Origin: Octopus sinensis
Lineage: Eukaryota
Direction of reading: 5' to 3'
Length of the DNA: 64,000 bases
NCBI RefSeq assembly: GCF_006345805.1
Contig: NC_043005.1
Span: forward strand, 106,144,001-106,208,000
Position numbers and translations under genes: made by a program
Notes under the pieces: model-generated
What the model saw: only the letters and a program-made list of their open reading frames with translations
Databases searched by the model: none
Told to the model about the DNA's origin: nothing
Shown: positions 12,660 to 25,973 of the stretch, one piece after another
Layout of the letters: each line of letters opens with the position of its first letter
Numbering within the stretch: position 1 is the stretch's first letter

Positions 12660-14560
12660 AAGCATCTTCTTCTAAAAGCTCATCAAGACGTCAGTTCATT
12701 TCAAACCAAGAAGGGTCCTTTCCTTGCAGCATGTTAAGTTATTTGGACCAAGCTTCGATTGAAGCAGGGTCCAGCCCATAGTACAGTAAAAGTGCAAATG
12801 AGTTCAAGTCTTTATGGAAAGCAGCAACATGACAAACTTCTACGATGCATAGTGAGCTGTTTGTGTCCCATGATCCTATGAAACATCATTGCAGCTGAGT
12901 GCAGAAAGATCAGAGATCCTTGGAAGATGGGAGAAGCATTTTCACAGATTCCTGAGACATTCTTTTGCTGTTAATGAGGCTACTGTACCTCACTTGTCAT
13001 AAGTATGTTATTTGTTGAATTCTTTAAAGTGGATAAGGTCAAAGGTTGTAGTTGCTCTGTCTAGTAGTTAGAACTATGGTGCTAACATCATTCTAGCTGA
13101 GATTTACAAAACTGGAGTTACTTGTTTCTTATCAAGGGTCACTGACATCTTCTGCTAAATGAGGTGCTGGAAGGGTATCTCAATGGAGTTCAAAAATGCA
13201 TCAGTAGTTCACCTTTGCAAAAAAAAAAAGAAAGGAAATCACTAGTTCTGTGGTACAACCAAGATATATCTCTGTTGTCAATTACTGAGAAATTATTTGT
13301 CCTGGGTAGTACTGAACTGGCTGATTGTCTACCTTGAATGGGGTCTTTTGCTTGGGCCCAATGTGCCTTTGGAGAGGATGCCAGTACAGCTTGCAGGAAA
13401 GATGAGCATGTTAACTTTAGGTGACATCTCAAAAGTAATATCAAGATCCTTACACATCTGTTGTGAAGCTCACATCAGCATTTGACATTGCCATTTCTGA
13501 TGGTCTTTGGACACTCACAGCCATATAGAGATGTTCTAACAAGTTAACTGGCCTAGCACAGACATTAAACCAGGGTCTGTTTGCCATTGTAATTGATTGG
13601 AGGGAGTCAAACTGATATTCCCAGTGACAAACGGTATTTAAATCAGGCTGCATGCTAGCACCGGTGCTTTTCAGTATGATGTTTTCAACCATATTGACTG
13701 GAGTATTCTAGAACAGAGAGGTAGGGTTTGTCATTTGCTATTGTCCTAATGGAATGGTCTCTAATCTGTGAAGATAAGACTCCAAGCTGGAATGTAGTAA
13801 CGCAAGAGCAAGTTCTCATCTATGATGACTTCTGCAACACCATCAGCTGAGGTATTCCCCAATCTGTTACTCATAAGAATATGGGGCGCCTGCAACCACA
13901 ACATGAGGATCAAACTTTACAGACGATCTACAGATTCACATACATAGCATCCTTTTAAGGATTGGTTACTTGACAATTAAGCTAATAACAATTGCTGAAG
14001 TGACAATTAACTGCTATAAACTTTGCAAGATTACCAGGATAAGAAAGAGTGTCAGCCTTCAAGTTAAAGCGAAGTTCTACAAAGCTGTTGTTCAACCAAC
14101 TTTGATGCATGTCTGAGGCACATTCACCGTTTACGGCAGATTCAACAGGAAATTTAAATGATTTCACTTGAGCTGCCTGCACGAAAGGCTGAACAAGATC
14201 CTAGACACTGAGGCTCTCTGTCATCCAGTGTTGTTCAGTATATATACTCCTCTATGCAGGACCCAAATGCACTGTTCCAGATGATGTGAAACTTCCAGAT
14301 GGTCTTTCCTACAGTGAGTTGTTTGGGGAAATATCTTCAGTTGGAGAGCAGCACAAACATTACACATGCTCTTAGCTCCCCACATAAGACATCGGAATTA
14401 ATCCGGAGTCACAAGAAAGCACCTGACACAACTTCATCAGGAGAGGTGCCATAGCATCAAAGCTGCTGGGGAGGAGATAAGCTGAGAAGTAAAATCTGCT
14501 CAGGAAATACATAGTCACCAGCACAGTGGCAAAAACATAAAAAAGATTTGCCAGCCATTC
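12660..14560 (+). mobile_element. Decayed RTE-clade (BovB-like) LINE, ORF2/reverse transcriptase remnant
   Basis: Frameshifted translations: LTSAFDIAISDGLW (about 13470), FPVTNG..GCMLAPVLFSMMFS (about 13620), KAKFYKAVVQPTLM..FTVY..FHLSCL (about 14065), matching RTE RT motifs by eye. Confidence 0.85.
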
Positions 14561-14690
14561 CTGACCACCCCTGTGAGTAATGTCATTGTCATCATTTATG
14601 TGGATGGATGAACAAAATAATAGAGGAATTTGATTAAAAGAGTTTAACTGCTATTTCTAGTAGAAAGAGTGACCACATAGGCTCTCAGTC

Positions 14691-14890
14691 TCTTTTACTT
14701 GCTTCAGTCATTTGAGTGTGGCCATGCTGGAGCACCGCCTTTAGTCGAGCAACTCGACCCCAGGACTTATTCTTTGTAAGCCTAGCACTTATTCTATCAG
14801 TCTCTTTTTGCCGAACCGCTAAGTTACGGGGACGTAATCACACCAGCATCGGTTGTCAAGCGATGTTGGGGGACAAACACAGACACACAA

Positions 14891-14921
<31 letters not shown>

Positions 14922-15085
14922 CATATATACGACGGGCTTCTTTTCAGTTTCAATCTACCATTCCACTCACAAGGCTTTGGTTGGCCTGAGGCTATAGTAG
15001 AAGACACATGCCCAAGGTGCCATGCAGTAGGTCTGAACCCGGAACCATATGGTTGGTAAGCAAGCTACTTACCACTAACTATGCC
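14691..15085 (-). mobile_element. SINE AB
   Basis: As other AB copies. Confidence 0.9.
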
Positions 15086-15496
15086 TGTTAGTGTTCATAT
15101 AAATAACAGTGTCAGTTTTCGTATTTATACTGCATAATGTTATGTAGTTCCCAGCTTATCGTTTTACCATATTCACTCATTTTGGCTGATTAATCAATCT
15201 CCATAGCACTTACTTTAATATATTCCAATAGGGCACACTTAATATTTGATACTTTTGTCAGAGAAATTCCTCTGTGTTTTGTTTACAATAAATGTTGTGG
15301 AATGCTGTCCTTATGTAACCTATGTTTTATTGTATAACATATTCATGAACAGAGTGCAATAGAATTATTCTACTGTGGAGCTAAGTCCCATCTCTAATCA
15401 ACAGCCATAGGCTGTTTATAGTGTCACTGGTGAACATTTTTATGTGTTTTGTTATGATACACAATTAACTTTTATGTTTTCCTATCATTATATAAT

Positions 15497-15712
15497 ATTC
15501 CTTTTCTACACTAGGCAAAGGGCCTGAAACTTTTGGGGAGGGGGCCAGCCGATTAGATCAACTCCACTACGCAACCGGTACTTAATTTATTGACCCTGAA
15601 AGGATGAAAGGCAAAGTTGAGCTTGGCAGAATTTGAACTCAGAATGTAAAGACAGACGAAATACTGCTAAGCATTTCACCCAGCATGCTAACATTTCTGC
15701 CAGCTCCACCAC
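15497..15712 (-). mobile_element. SINE C, tail type 1
   Basis: As 6478-6688. Confidence 0.8.
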
Positions 15713-15846
15713 TTTAATCATTATATGATATTATTTATATCACTCATTTGACACAGCACTTCTTTTATGAGTGGGTTTGGTAAATGGCAACTGAAAGAAG
15801 TCCATTGTATATATATAATATATATACATACATACATACATATACA

Positions 15847-15904
<58 letters not shown>

Positions 15905-16008
15905 GTATATACTATATATATGTGTGTGTGTGTGTACATATATATATCTTTGTACTTGTTTCAGTCATTTGACTGTGGCCATGCTGGAGCACCGCCTTTA
16001 GAGTGGTG

Positions 16009-16166
16009 AAAGAGTACAGCAGGGATCACCACCATCCCCTGCCGGAGCCTCGTGGAGCTTTTAGGTGTTTTCGCTCAATAAACACACACAACGCCCGGTC
16101 TGGGAATCGAAACCGCGATCCTCCGACCGCGAATCCGCTGCCCTAACCACTGGGCCATTGTGCCTC
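16009..16166 (-). mobile_element. tRNA-derived SINE family D, truncated
   Basis: A box TGGCCCAGTGG, B box GGTTTCGATTCCC. Confidence 0.85.
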
Positions 16167-16499
16167 ATATATATAAAATAAAATACAAAATGGGACAAGA
16201 ACGCAAAACATCCGGACAACTAGGTGATACAAAAAGGGACAACAAAACATCCAGACAGACGATACAAAAAAACAAGGATGGGTCATTCGAAGCCTTTTAT
16301 CCTCAGTCAAGAACCGGATCATCCTTGCCAGCTGAAATTGCGAGGATGATCCGGTTCTTGACTGAGGATAAAAGGCTTCGAATGACCCGTCCTTGTTTTC
16401 TTGTATCGTCTATCTGGATGTTCTCTTGTCCCTTTTTGTATCATCTAGTTGTCCGGATGTTTTGCGTTCTTGTCTCATTTTGTATTTTATTTTATATAT

Positions 16500-16500
<1 letters not shown>
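16167..16500. mobile_element. Fold-back element with about 160 bp arms, an 11 nt loop and TA-rich ends
   Basis: 16167-16328 is the reverse complement of 16340-16500 with about ten mismatches; followed by (TA)n. Confidence 0.85.
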
Positions 16501-16535
<35 letters not shown>

Positions 16536-16849
16536 CAGTGTAGTACACTTTGTTCTCTTATATGTACATATGTATATATCTACATATGTGTGTCTTTGTG
16601 TCTGTGTTTGTCTCCCATCAACTGGTATTGGTGTGCTTATATTCTTGTAACTTAGTGGTTCAGCAAAAATGAAACTGACAGAATAAGTACTAGGCTTTAA
16701 AAAAAATCCAGGGGTCGATATGTTCAACTAAATGCCCCTCAAGACTGTGCTCCAGCATGGCCACAGTCAACTGACTGAAGCAAGTAAAAGAATAAAAGAA
16801 TGCATATATGTCTGTCTGTCTGTCACTTTTTCTTTCTCTATTTGTCTAT

Positions 16850-16892
16850 CTGTCTTTCTATCAACCTATTAGTTGTCTATCTATCTATTTAT

Positions 16893-16950
<58 letters not shown>

Positions 16951-16967
16951 ATATCTATCTATTTATT

Positions 16968-17000
<33 letters not shown>

Positions 17001-17079
17001 CCATCCATCAATCCATCCATCCATGTGTAGATTTTTCTTTCCCTTGATCTATCTCTCTAGTCATGCATAATCTCTCTAA

Positions 17080-17124
<45 letters not shown>

Positions 17125-17130
17125 TCTTTC
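16850..17130. repeat. (TCTA)n/(CT)n microsatellites
   Basis: Directly visible. Confidence 0.95.
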
Positions 17131-17429
17131 TCATACACTCATTCACTATCTATCTATCGATATATCAGTTTTTGGAAAAAATTCATTTAAATATTTCTAT
17201 ATACCCTAACAACACATATCACACCTACCAACCTACAAACTCACTCCGTAAAATTGTAACCAGAAATAGCCTTTAACCAAAACCATAACATGCCCCTCCA
17301 GCCACCCCACCCCTCCCCACCCACACACCACCACAATGGTTGTATTTCACATTGTCCTCCTTTGAAACATTTTTCATTTTCCTTGTTTCTACTTCATTGC
17401 TTTATTTTCATACAATTTCCATTGTTCAC

Positions 17430-17859
17430 AACTTATTATTATTATTGTTATTATTATTATTATTTTATTATTATTATTATTATTAGTAGTAGTAGTAGTA
17501 GTAGTAGTAGTATATTCATTGCACTACGTCAGGTTTTTTTTTTTTCAAAATTTCATTTCCAGTTTCATCAAACTGAATTCACCCCAACTGTTCCTTTTTA
17601 GCGAGTAACCCCTACCCTTATTTCATAATTCTAACCCTCACCCGATCCATTACCCTTACCATTCACATCACTTCGAACAAAAGGATAAAAAAAAATAAAT
17701 AAAAGTTTTCCACCGTCTCTTCCTCACTCGCTTAACCCCCTCTCTCCCCCTCTCTCTCTCTCTCTCTTTCTCTCCTCGCTTTGACCATTCCGGGGTAGCA
17801 AGTTAATTTTACAAACGTTCCCAGGCAATAATGCAAGTCAGCCAACAGTCAAACAGAAT

Positions 17860-17890
<31 letters not shown>

Positions 17891-18076
17891 GTCTTCATCA
17901 TCGTCTTCATCATCGTCTTCATCATCATCATCATCATCATCATCAATAACAACATTGTCATTGCCATCATCATCGTCGTCATCATCATCGTCATTGGCAT
18001 CAGTGGTGGAGTTGTTATCGTCCTCTTCATTAACATCCATCTCCACCTCCTCCTCATCATTATTGTTACCACCACC

Positions 18077-18108
<32 letters not shown>

Positions 18109-18760
18109 CAATAACACTGCTGCTGCTCTAATCATAGTCATTGTCACCATCATCATCATCATCATTACTATCATCTCAATCATCATTATAATTGCCAACA
18201 ATGTCGTCATCATGATCACCATCTTCTCCCCCCTCCTCCCCTCCGCCTTATCCTCCTCCTCATCATCATCACCAGCCACCTTCTCTTCCTCATTCTCCCT
18301 CCTCCTCCCCCATCTTCCTCCCCTCCTCTCCTCCCCCTCCTCTGTATCCTCATCCCCCCTCCTTATCCCCCTTATCCTCCTCCTCCTCATCATCATCATC
18401 ACCAGCCACCTTCTCTTCCTCTTTTTCCCCCCACCTCCTCTTCTGCCTCATCATCATTACTCTATACATGTTGGACATGCTCAACCTGTAACAATACATA
18501 AATTGTTACATGTTCCAGCCTCATCTCCCTCTCCTTTTGCTAAATGCTGTTCTTTTATTTATTGTTATTATCAAGGATATTATTATTGTTATTGTTGTTG
18601 TTGTCATTTTTGATATTTAGATAATATTAATTGAAAGAACATATATTAAAACAGAAAAATAATTAAAACATAAATAACAATGATGATAATAATTATAACG
18701 ATGATAATAACGATAGTAACAACAACATCATTAATAATGATAATAATAATAATAATAATA

Positions 18761-18808
<48 letters not shown>

Positions 18809-19708
18809 TAACAATAATAATGATAGCAACAGCAATAATGATCAATATTACCATACTTATTACAATTAACACCAACATAAAATATATGAGGATTTTTACC
18901 CATTCAAATTTCATGATCCTTTTTCATGGGACAGAGAAGGTATAAAATAAAAGAAATTGAACAAAAATAAAATAAATAAATAAATAAATAAATAAATAAA
19001 TGAAATTAAAAAAATAAATGTATCAACAAAAGAGATATTCTACCCTGAAAAAATGAAAGTATTGTAACAAAAAATGTAAAGCAAAAATATATATATACAT
19101 ATATATATATAAAAAGGAATTTTAAAAAACAAAATAGAAAGCAAAAAAGATATTAACAGTTACAAAGAAAAGTTTTTTCAAGAGAGAAAGAAAGAAAGAG
19201 AGAAAGAGACAATGAGAGAGGGAGAGAGAAACAGAGAGATTAAACATGTAAAAGTGAAGGTGAAAGTAATAAATAAAATGAAAAGAAAGTATTGATTAAG
19301 CCGGAAAATAAAATATAACAACAACAACAACAATCTCTTCAACAAAGGCATACAATATGAGAACAACAACTTGAATATCTAGATTAACTTTCAATGCATG
19401 CATGTGTGTGTATATATATGGATGGATGGATGTATATTTGTGTGTATATATATATATATGGATGTATATGGTATTTTAAATAATTAATAAAACAACAACC
19501 AGAAGTACAAGAACAAAAAAAAAATTCAATAGTAACAACATCAACAACAGCAACAGCTGCAACAATAGCAATTAGAACACACATTGAAATTAATACAGTA
19601 ATGAGAATATTGACAAAAATCAATATAAACACACACGTACATACACACACATTCACGTGTGTTTGTGTGTTAGGAATTGAAATAATTAAGAACAACTACG
19701 ACACGAGC

Positions 19709-19739
<31 letters not shown>

Positions 19740-21629
19740 ACAATACAAGAACAACAGAAACAACATCAGCACCATGAAACACTGCTGTTAATGCCAACAA
19801 ATTGAACACTAAAATTAACACAATAGAAATATGGTTTTTTGGTTGAGTATTTTTTCAAAAATATTAACTTTAACAAAAAAAAAAGGAGAAAATAATTTAA
19901 AAGAAATTGGTATAACAACTACTAAATAATAATAAACAACAAACATTTTTAAAAAAGATTAAAAAAGTGCATCAACAACAGAATAATATAGTAGATACAC
20001 TACTAAACTTAATATAGCAACAATATACAGTTTTTGAACAAAAATGGATATTTTTTGTGCTTCTTTTCATTTTTTCATATTTTTAAAATGAATTTATAGA
20101 AAATTGAAATAACTAAACAAAAATAACAATTTTGACAAAAAGGATAAAAAAAAGTAAGGAAATGATGAAAGTAATAATAAAGACGAAAATAAACCAATGA
20201 GATTATATACTATATTAATTAATAAAAAATAATTACAATAACAAAACATACTTAAATAAAAAAAATGAAAATAATTATATAAAAATACATAAATAAAATA
20301 TCAAAAATAAATGTTTTTTTCTTTTTAAATTTGTAATAACAATACCATAACATGAACTTCAACATGACATATCACCACTACAATCACTACTACCAGTACT
20401 ACTACTGATACTTCAACTCAAAACATAACAATGACGCTAACAACGACAATGTGAAACAGATAAAGTTTTTTAAAAAAGATAAAATGCCTGAAAGTATTAT
20501 GGGTGGGGTGGGGCGGGGTGGAATGGTTGAAATTAAATACTGAAACTGAACTTAAACTATCATCATCATCATCATCATCATCATCATCGTCATTGTTGTT
20601 GTCATTGTCTCCATCATCATCATCATCATCATCCTCATCATCATCATTGTTGTTGTTGTCATCATCCATTGTCATCATCATTATTCGTCCTCATCATCGT
20701 CATCATTATCCTCATCATCATTGTCATTGTCACCTACTCATCCTTCTCCTCCTTCTCCTCCCCTTCTTCTCCCCCTTCCCCTCCTTCTTCTCCTCCTCCT
20801 TCTCCTCCTCTTCATCATCATCATCACTATCACCATTATTATCATAACCACCACCACCACCATTTCTAGTACTACCAGCACCAACAAGAAAAATAACCAT
20901 ACAACCACCACCACCCACTGCCACCACCATCACCACCACTACCATTGCCTCCACCACCACCGCCTTTGCCACCACCACCACCACTACTACTACTATTATT
21001 ATTACCATCATCACCACAACAACTACTTTACCTATACAGTACTGAAAATATCTTCATTACACCACAACACTACCAAAACTACCACTACCAGCACTACCAC
21101 CACTGCCACTATCATCCATTTTCCACATCACCAGTGCCATTACATGTAAAACTACCACTACTAACACTAGCATCACCACCACCACCACCACCACCAATAC
21201 TAACATCACCACAACTAGTAGTACAATAACTTTGACCACAACCATGACCTTCATCAGCACTACCATCTGAACCAATACCACCACCACCACCACCACCACC
21301 ACTACCACCACCACCATAAAGGCAATGATAATTATAGCTAAAAAAATTATAAAATTTTAAAAAGGTCTATGGATCTCATTTAACAACAACATAACAACAA
21401 TTGCTGCACTAATAGCACAACAACAACAACAATACTATTCGTTCAAAACAAGGGTAATAGCAACAATAAACACCACCACTACCACCACCACCATCACCAC
21501 CACCACAACCGAAGCAATAACACAACTGGCCTTTACAACAACAACAATAACAGTTTAAATATAACAATGCCCTGTTCTGGCTTTCTCTCATACACTAAAT
21601 TAATGTAACTTAAAACATGAACTATATTC

Positions 21630-21663
<34 letters not shown>

Positions 21664-21710
21664 GCAGCAGCAGCAGCAGCAATAACAACAACAACAACAA
21701 CAAGAGTTTA
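17430..21710. repeat. Mosaic of trinucleotide and low-complexity tracts (TTA, CAT, CAC, AAC, CCT, AAT) separated by A-rich spacers
   Basis: Directly visible; source of the poly-I/M/D/H/V ORFs. Confidence 0.95.
18461..18485 (-). CDS. Candidate 25 nt micro-exon (xLSMSNMYR)
   Basis: Acceptor tatgtattgttacag and donor AGA|gtaatg; an island of complex sequence inside low-complexity DNA. Confidence 0.25.
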
Positions 21711-21821
21711 ATTAAGTCTAAGAATGGAAAACTATAAATCTATTGTCTGAAAACTAAAGTGTTAAATCTATTAATGGAGGGAAAGGAAAAGGTGAAGTTT
21801 TATGTATGTGTATATGTGTGC

Positions 21822-21852
<31 letters not shown>

Positions 21853-22379
21853 TGTGTGTGTGTGCATATATGTGTTTTAGGACTATGAATGTGTATACGC
21901 GTGCATGTGTATGTGTGTGAGTGTATGTGTGTGCTTTAGGACTATGAATGTGTATATGTGTGCATGTGTGTGTGTGTGTGTGTTTTAGGACTATGAATGT
22001 GTATATGTGTGCATATGTGTGTGTGTGAGTGTATGTGTGTGTGTTTGTACTATAATGTCAACCCCCCCTATACACACATACACACACACATGCGTGCACA
22101 CATGTCTGTATGCAAACACACACACATATGTGTGTGTATATGCATTTATGAATATATATAATTTTATTTAAATTTCCTTTTAATGTTGAGTTTTGCATGC
22201 TTGAATGGATCAGACAGTGTTTATTGAAGCAGATTCTCTACAGCTGGATGCCCTTCATGTTGCTAACCTTCATCTATATCCAAGCAAGGTTTTTTTTTTC
22301 CAATAGCTAGGTATGGTCTTGCAATATATTGGAAATGGACAACACTGCTTGTGTGACAGTAACACTCATTTACATTATC

Positions 22380-22797
22380 GGCGAGCTGGCAGAAACGTTA
22401 GCACACCGGGCAAAATGCTTAGTGGCATTTCATCTGCCATTACGTTCTGAGTTCAAATTCCGCTGAGGTCGACTTTGCCTTTCATCCTTTCGGGGTCGAT
22501 AAATTAAGTACCAGTTAGGGTTAGGGTGAGGGGTAGATGTAACCGACTTAATCCGTTTGTCTGTCCTTTTTGTCCCCTCTGTGTTTAGCCCCTTGTGGGT
22601 AGTAAAGAAATAGGTATTTTGTCTGCTGTTACGCTCTGAGTTCAAATTCTGCCAAGGTCGATTTTGTCTTTCATCCTTTCGGGGTCAATAAATTAAGTAC
22701 CAGTTACGCACTGGAGTCGATGTAACCGACTTAATCCCTTTGTCTGTCCTTGTTTGTCCCCTCTGTGTTTAGCCCCTTGTGGGCAATAAAGAAATAA
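22380..22797 (+). mobile_element. SINE C (tail type 2) with internal tandem duplication of the core and tail
   Basis: 22435-22610 is repeated at 22625-22797. Confidence 0.85.
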
Positions 22798-23057
22798 GTA
22801 ACACTCATATACTATTATCACACAATGTCAAGACAAAGAGATATAATTACACACACACATATACAACAGGCTTCTTTCAGTTTTCCTCAACCAAATCCAC
22901 TCACAAGTTTTTGGTTGGTTGTAGTCTACTTGCTCATTGTGCCATACAATAGAATTGCACCCACAACCATGTGTTTGAGAAGCAAGATTCTTACCACACT
23001 GCCACACCTTCACCTAGCAAGGTATGGGTCTTGAATAAAGAAAGTGAACATAACATA

Positions 23058-23456
23058 GGCGCAGGAGTGGCTGTATGGTTATAGGCACAGAAGTGGCTGT
23101 GTGGTAAGTAGCTTGCTTACCAACCTCATGGTTCTGGGTTCAGTCCCACTGCATGGCACTTTGGGCAAGTGTCTTCTACTACAGCCTTGAGCCGACCAAA
23201 GCCTTGTGAATAGATTTGGTAGAGGGAAACTGAAAGAAGCCCGTCGTATATGTGCGTGCTTGTGTGTCTGTGTCTGTCCCCCCAACATTGCTTGACAATC
23301 GATGCTGGGTGTGTTTACGTCCCTGTAACTTAGTGGTTTAGCAAAAGAGACCAATAGAATAAGTACTAGGCTTTAAAAAAGTAAGTCCTGGGGTCGATTT
23401 GTTCGACTAAATGCAGTGCTCCAGTATGGCCACAGTCAAATGACTGAAACAAGTAC
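23058..23456 (+). mobile_element. SINE AB with a duplicated 5' head
   Basis: ggcgcaggagtggctgtatggtt followed by ggcacagaagtggctgtgtggtaag. Confidence 0.9.
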
Positions 23457-23859
23457 ATCTGCTGGATGTAATGCCAGGAAGCGTGAATGATGGAGCACAA
23501 ATGAGCTGAGAGGAGAAGACTGGATACAAAAGGAAAATAAGAAGAAGCTGAGCTTGTCTGGGTTTGTGATGTGTATGAAGGGTCAAAGATGGGTAAAGAA
23601 GTAGATGGCGTTCAGAGTGGATGGAACCTGGGGAAGAAAGAGATCTAGGAAGACAAGGGACAAAGTGGTGATAGCTGACATCAGGATGTGGAGCCCTATG
23701 AAATAGATGACAAAGAATCACAATGATAAGTGACAACTGGTGCTGAAAAAACTCACCCACTCAAGCAAGCATGTTGAAACAATCATTAAAATCATTAAAA
23801 TGGTTATAGTAATGGGGACTGGGCAATTTAATATCTATGTTTGTGTCTCTCATGTACCT

Positions 23860-24090
23860 ATTTCTTTATTGCCCACGAGGGGCTAAACACAGAAGGGACA
23901 AACAAGGACAGACGAACGGATTAAGTCGATTACATCGACCCCAGTGTGTAACTGGTACTTAATTTATCAACCCCGAAAGGATGAAATGCAAAGTTGACCT
24001 CGGCTGAATTTGAACTCAGAACGTAATGGCAGACAAAATACCACTAAGCATTTTGCCTGGTGTGCTAACGTTTCTGCCAGCTCACCGCCT
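23860..24090 (-). mobile_element. SINE C, tail type 2
   Basis: Reverse complement of the 10631-10862 type. Confidence 0.85.
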
Positions 24091-24768
24091 TACATGGTCT
24101 CTCATGTACCATGCACCTATTCAAGCTCCATCTGCTGGTCACCTATCTCTTGATACCCTCTCATCTCCATCATTCATTTTTTCTACCACTCATCTCTTTA
24201 TCAGTCATTTGTCTACCACTCAGCTCTATTTCAGTCACCAATCAGTCTCCCCTCTGTTTACTGCTCCATTCCTATGCCACTTGTGTAAAAAGAGATGTCT
24301 CTGGACCTGTCTATAGCCAATACTATCTCCACACAATCAGTCTGACTCTACTACCTCTCTCTTTCTCTCTCTCTCTCTCTCTCACAAGGTATGGGAGGTT
24401 ACAGTAGATTGGCTTGGATCTGATACACTCTATCATCACTTCTCTTGAGAGCTACCAACCATCACTCCTCAGTCACTTCCTTTTCCTCCATGCCACTCAT
24501 TGACACTCATCAATCATTTCCCTAACATTGCTCATCTCTTTACTGTCCGTCAATTTCTCCTTCACCAGTAAACATGTGAGTACCATCACTGTTTCCAGGG
24601 ATTCTTTTTTATTATTGCCTCTCTTCTATTACTCCCTCCTCCACCTTGCTCACATCCCAACTGCTCTTTTTCTCCCATTAAACTCTTTCTTTCTTCATTC
24701 ACTCAGTCTGGGTTACTTTCTCTTCTATTCACCATGTTGCTTTGATTAAACAGACACCAGTTGACCAC

Positions 24769-25140
24769 TACTTACTTGTACTTGTACTTGTGGCAACATT
24801 CGCCCTGGGCGGGTTGAGTCAGCTTCTTCTACTCATGGAAAAAGTTTCGTGGAAATATGTGGATTTCACAAGCGGTCCCCAACAATCCCGCATGTGGAGA
24901 CATCCTGTTTGCCACAGATTGTCTGCAGACGCAGGGACAGAACGACCGAGGAGCTACCGGTTGCCGAAGCAGACACTCCGAAGATTTTCACCAGAGCCCC
25001 GTCTGCCGGGTTGTGGCCCTAATACCACTCGGTGTCAGGCCAATCCGCCTTGGGTGGCCCTACTAGGAACCGAAGTTCCCGACGGCATAGCTCTGACACT
25101 ACCTGTTGCCAGCATCCTCACCACAGTGAGGGTTCTTTAA
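24769..25140 (-). mobile_element. Bipartite non-autonomous RTE derivative (5' UTR joined to 3' UTR with a (CAAGTA)n tail)
   Basis: Minus strand begins with an RTE-type 5' motif (gagctatgccgtcggga...gtagggccacccaaggcgg) and ends tcaacccgcccagggcgaatgttgccac(aagtac)n; the 3' motif is also seen downstream of the RTE ORF end near 47930. Confidence 0.6.
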
Positions 25141-25592
25141 CCTTGTGATGGTTGTTAGCATAGTCGTTAGCATTTTAGAAGATATATTTTCTCCAACCTT
25201 CAAAGCTCTGAGTTCAAATCCCACAAAAACTAACTTTGCCTTTCACCCTTTTGAGATTAATAAAAAAGAAGGCTGCTAATCCAGGGTCATGGATTGACAG
25301 GATTGGCAGCTTTGTGGTATTTGCTCCAGGACTGTGTGTTCTGAGTTCAAATCCTGCCATAGCCTACATGGGTGGTAGAGTTAATATTTTGCTTAGTTTA
25401 ATACCCTCACCTGAAATCTCAGGTGCCTTTAGCAGAGGAGTCAACTATGTTGCAAGCTTTTAAGTCAGACCCCTAGTTTGGGGATACTGTCTTCTGTCCT
25501 TCCCCACTAGTCTTGGAGATCTTGGAGAAAAAGTCATTAGCCCCCACCTACCCTCTTGACTTCAAGATGAAAAAACAACTCGCCGGTGCTGG

Positions 25593-25973
25593 GCGAGCGG
25601 TCTTCGTCCCAGAGCTTGTAAGATCGCACCTCTGTAGTGGGAGAAGTCCAAAACGTGGTCCTTTGCTATTCATAAGACCCACAAGAGAGAAAGCAGGTCA
25701 ATCCCCGACACCGAGAGCATCGACGGATAGATGGATGCGCATCCAGGCTCAGCAGTTGCGTAGGAAGTTGGGGACAAGAAACAGGAAGAAAGAATGAGAG
25801 AAAGTTGGGGCGAAAGAGTACAACAGGGGTCACCACCACTCCTTGCCGGGGCCTCATGGAGCCTTAGGTGTTTTCGCTCAATAAACACACACAACGCCCG
25901 GTCTGGGAATCGAAACCGTGATCCTCCGACTGTGAGTCCGCTGCCCTAACCACTGGGCCATTGTGCCTCCACT
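25593..25973 (-). mobile_element. SINE D, long-tail form, with an 11 bp target-site duplication
   Basis: GCCGGTGCTGG at 25582-25592 and 25974-25984. Confidence 0.9.

Noticed and set aside
16358-16392. CTGAGGA in the 16167-16500 hairpin as a hammerhead
   Set aside because: No stem II pairing, GAAT instead of GAAA, and no stem I/III
17809-21317. Poly-M/D/I/H/V/P ORFs, also at 26173-26497, 41893-44154 and 49427-49693
   Set aside because: Trinucleotide microsatellites open in several frames on both strands; no coding complexity
22515-22535. TTAGGG units here and near 39290 as interstitial telomeric repeats
   Set aside because: Only two or three imperfect units, lying inside SINE/LINE relics
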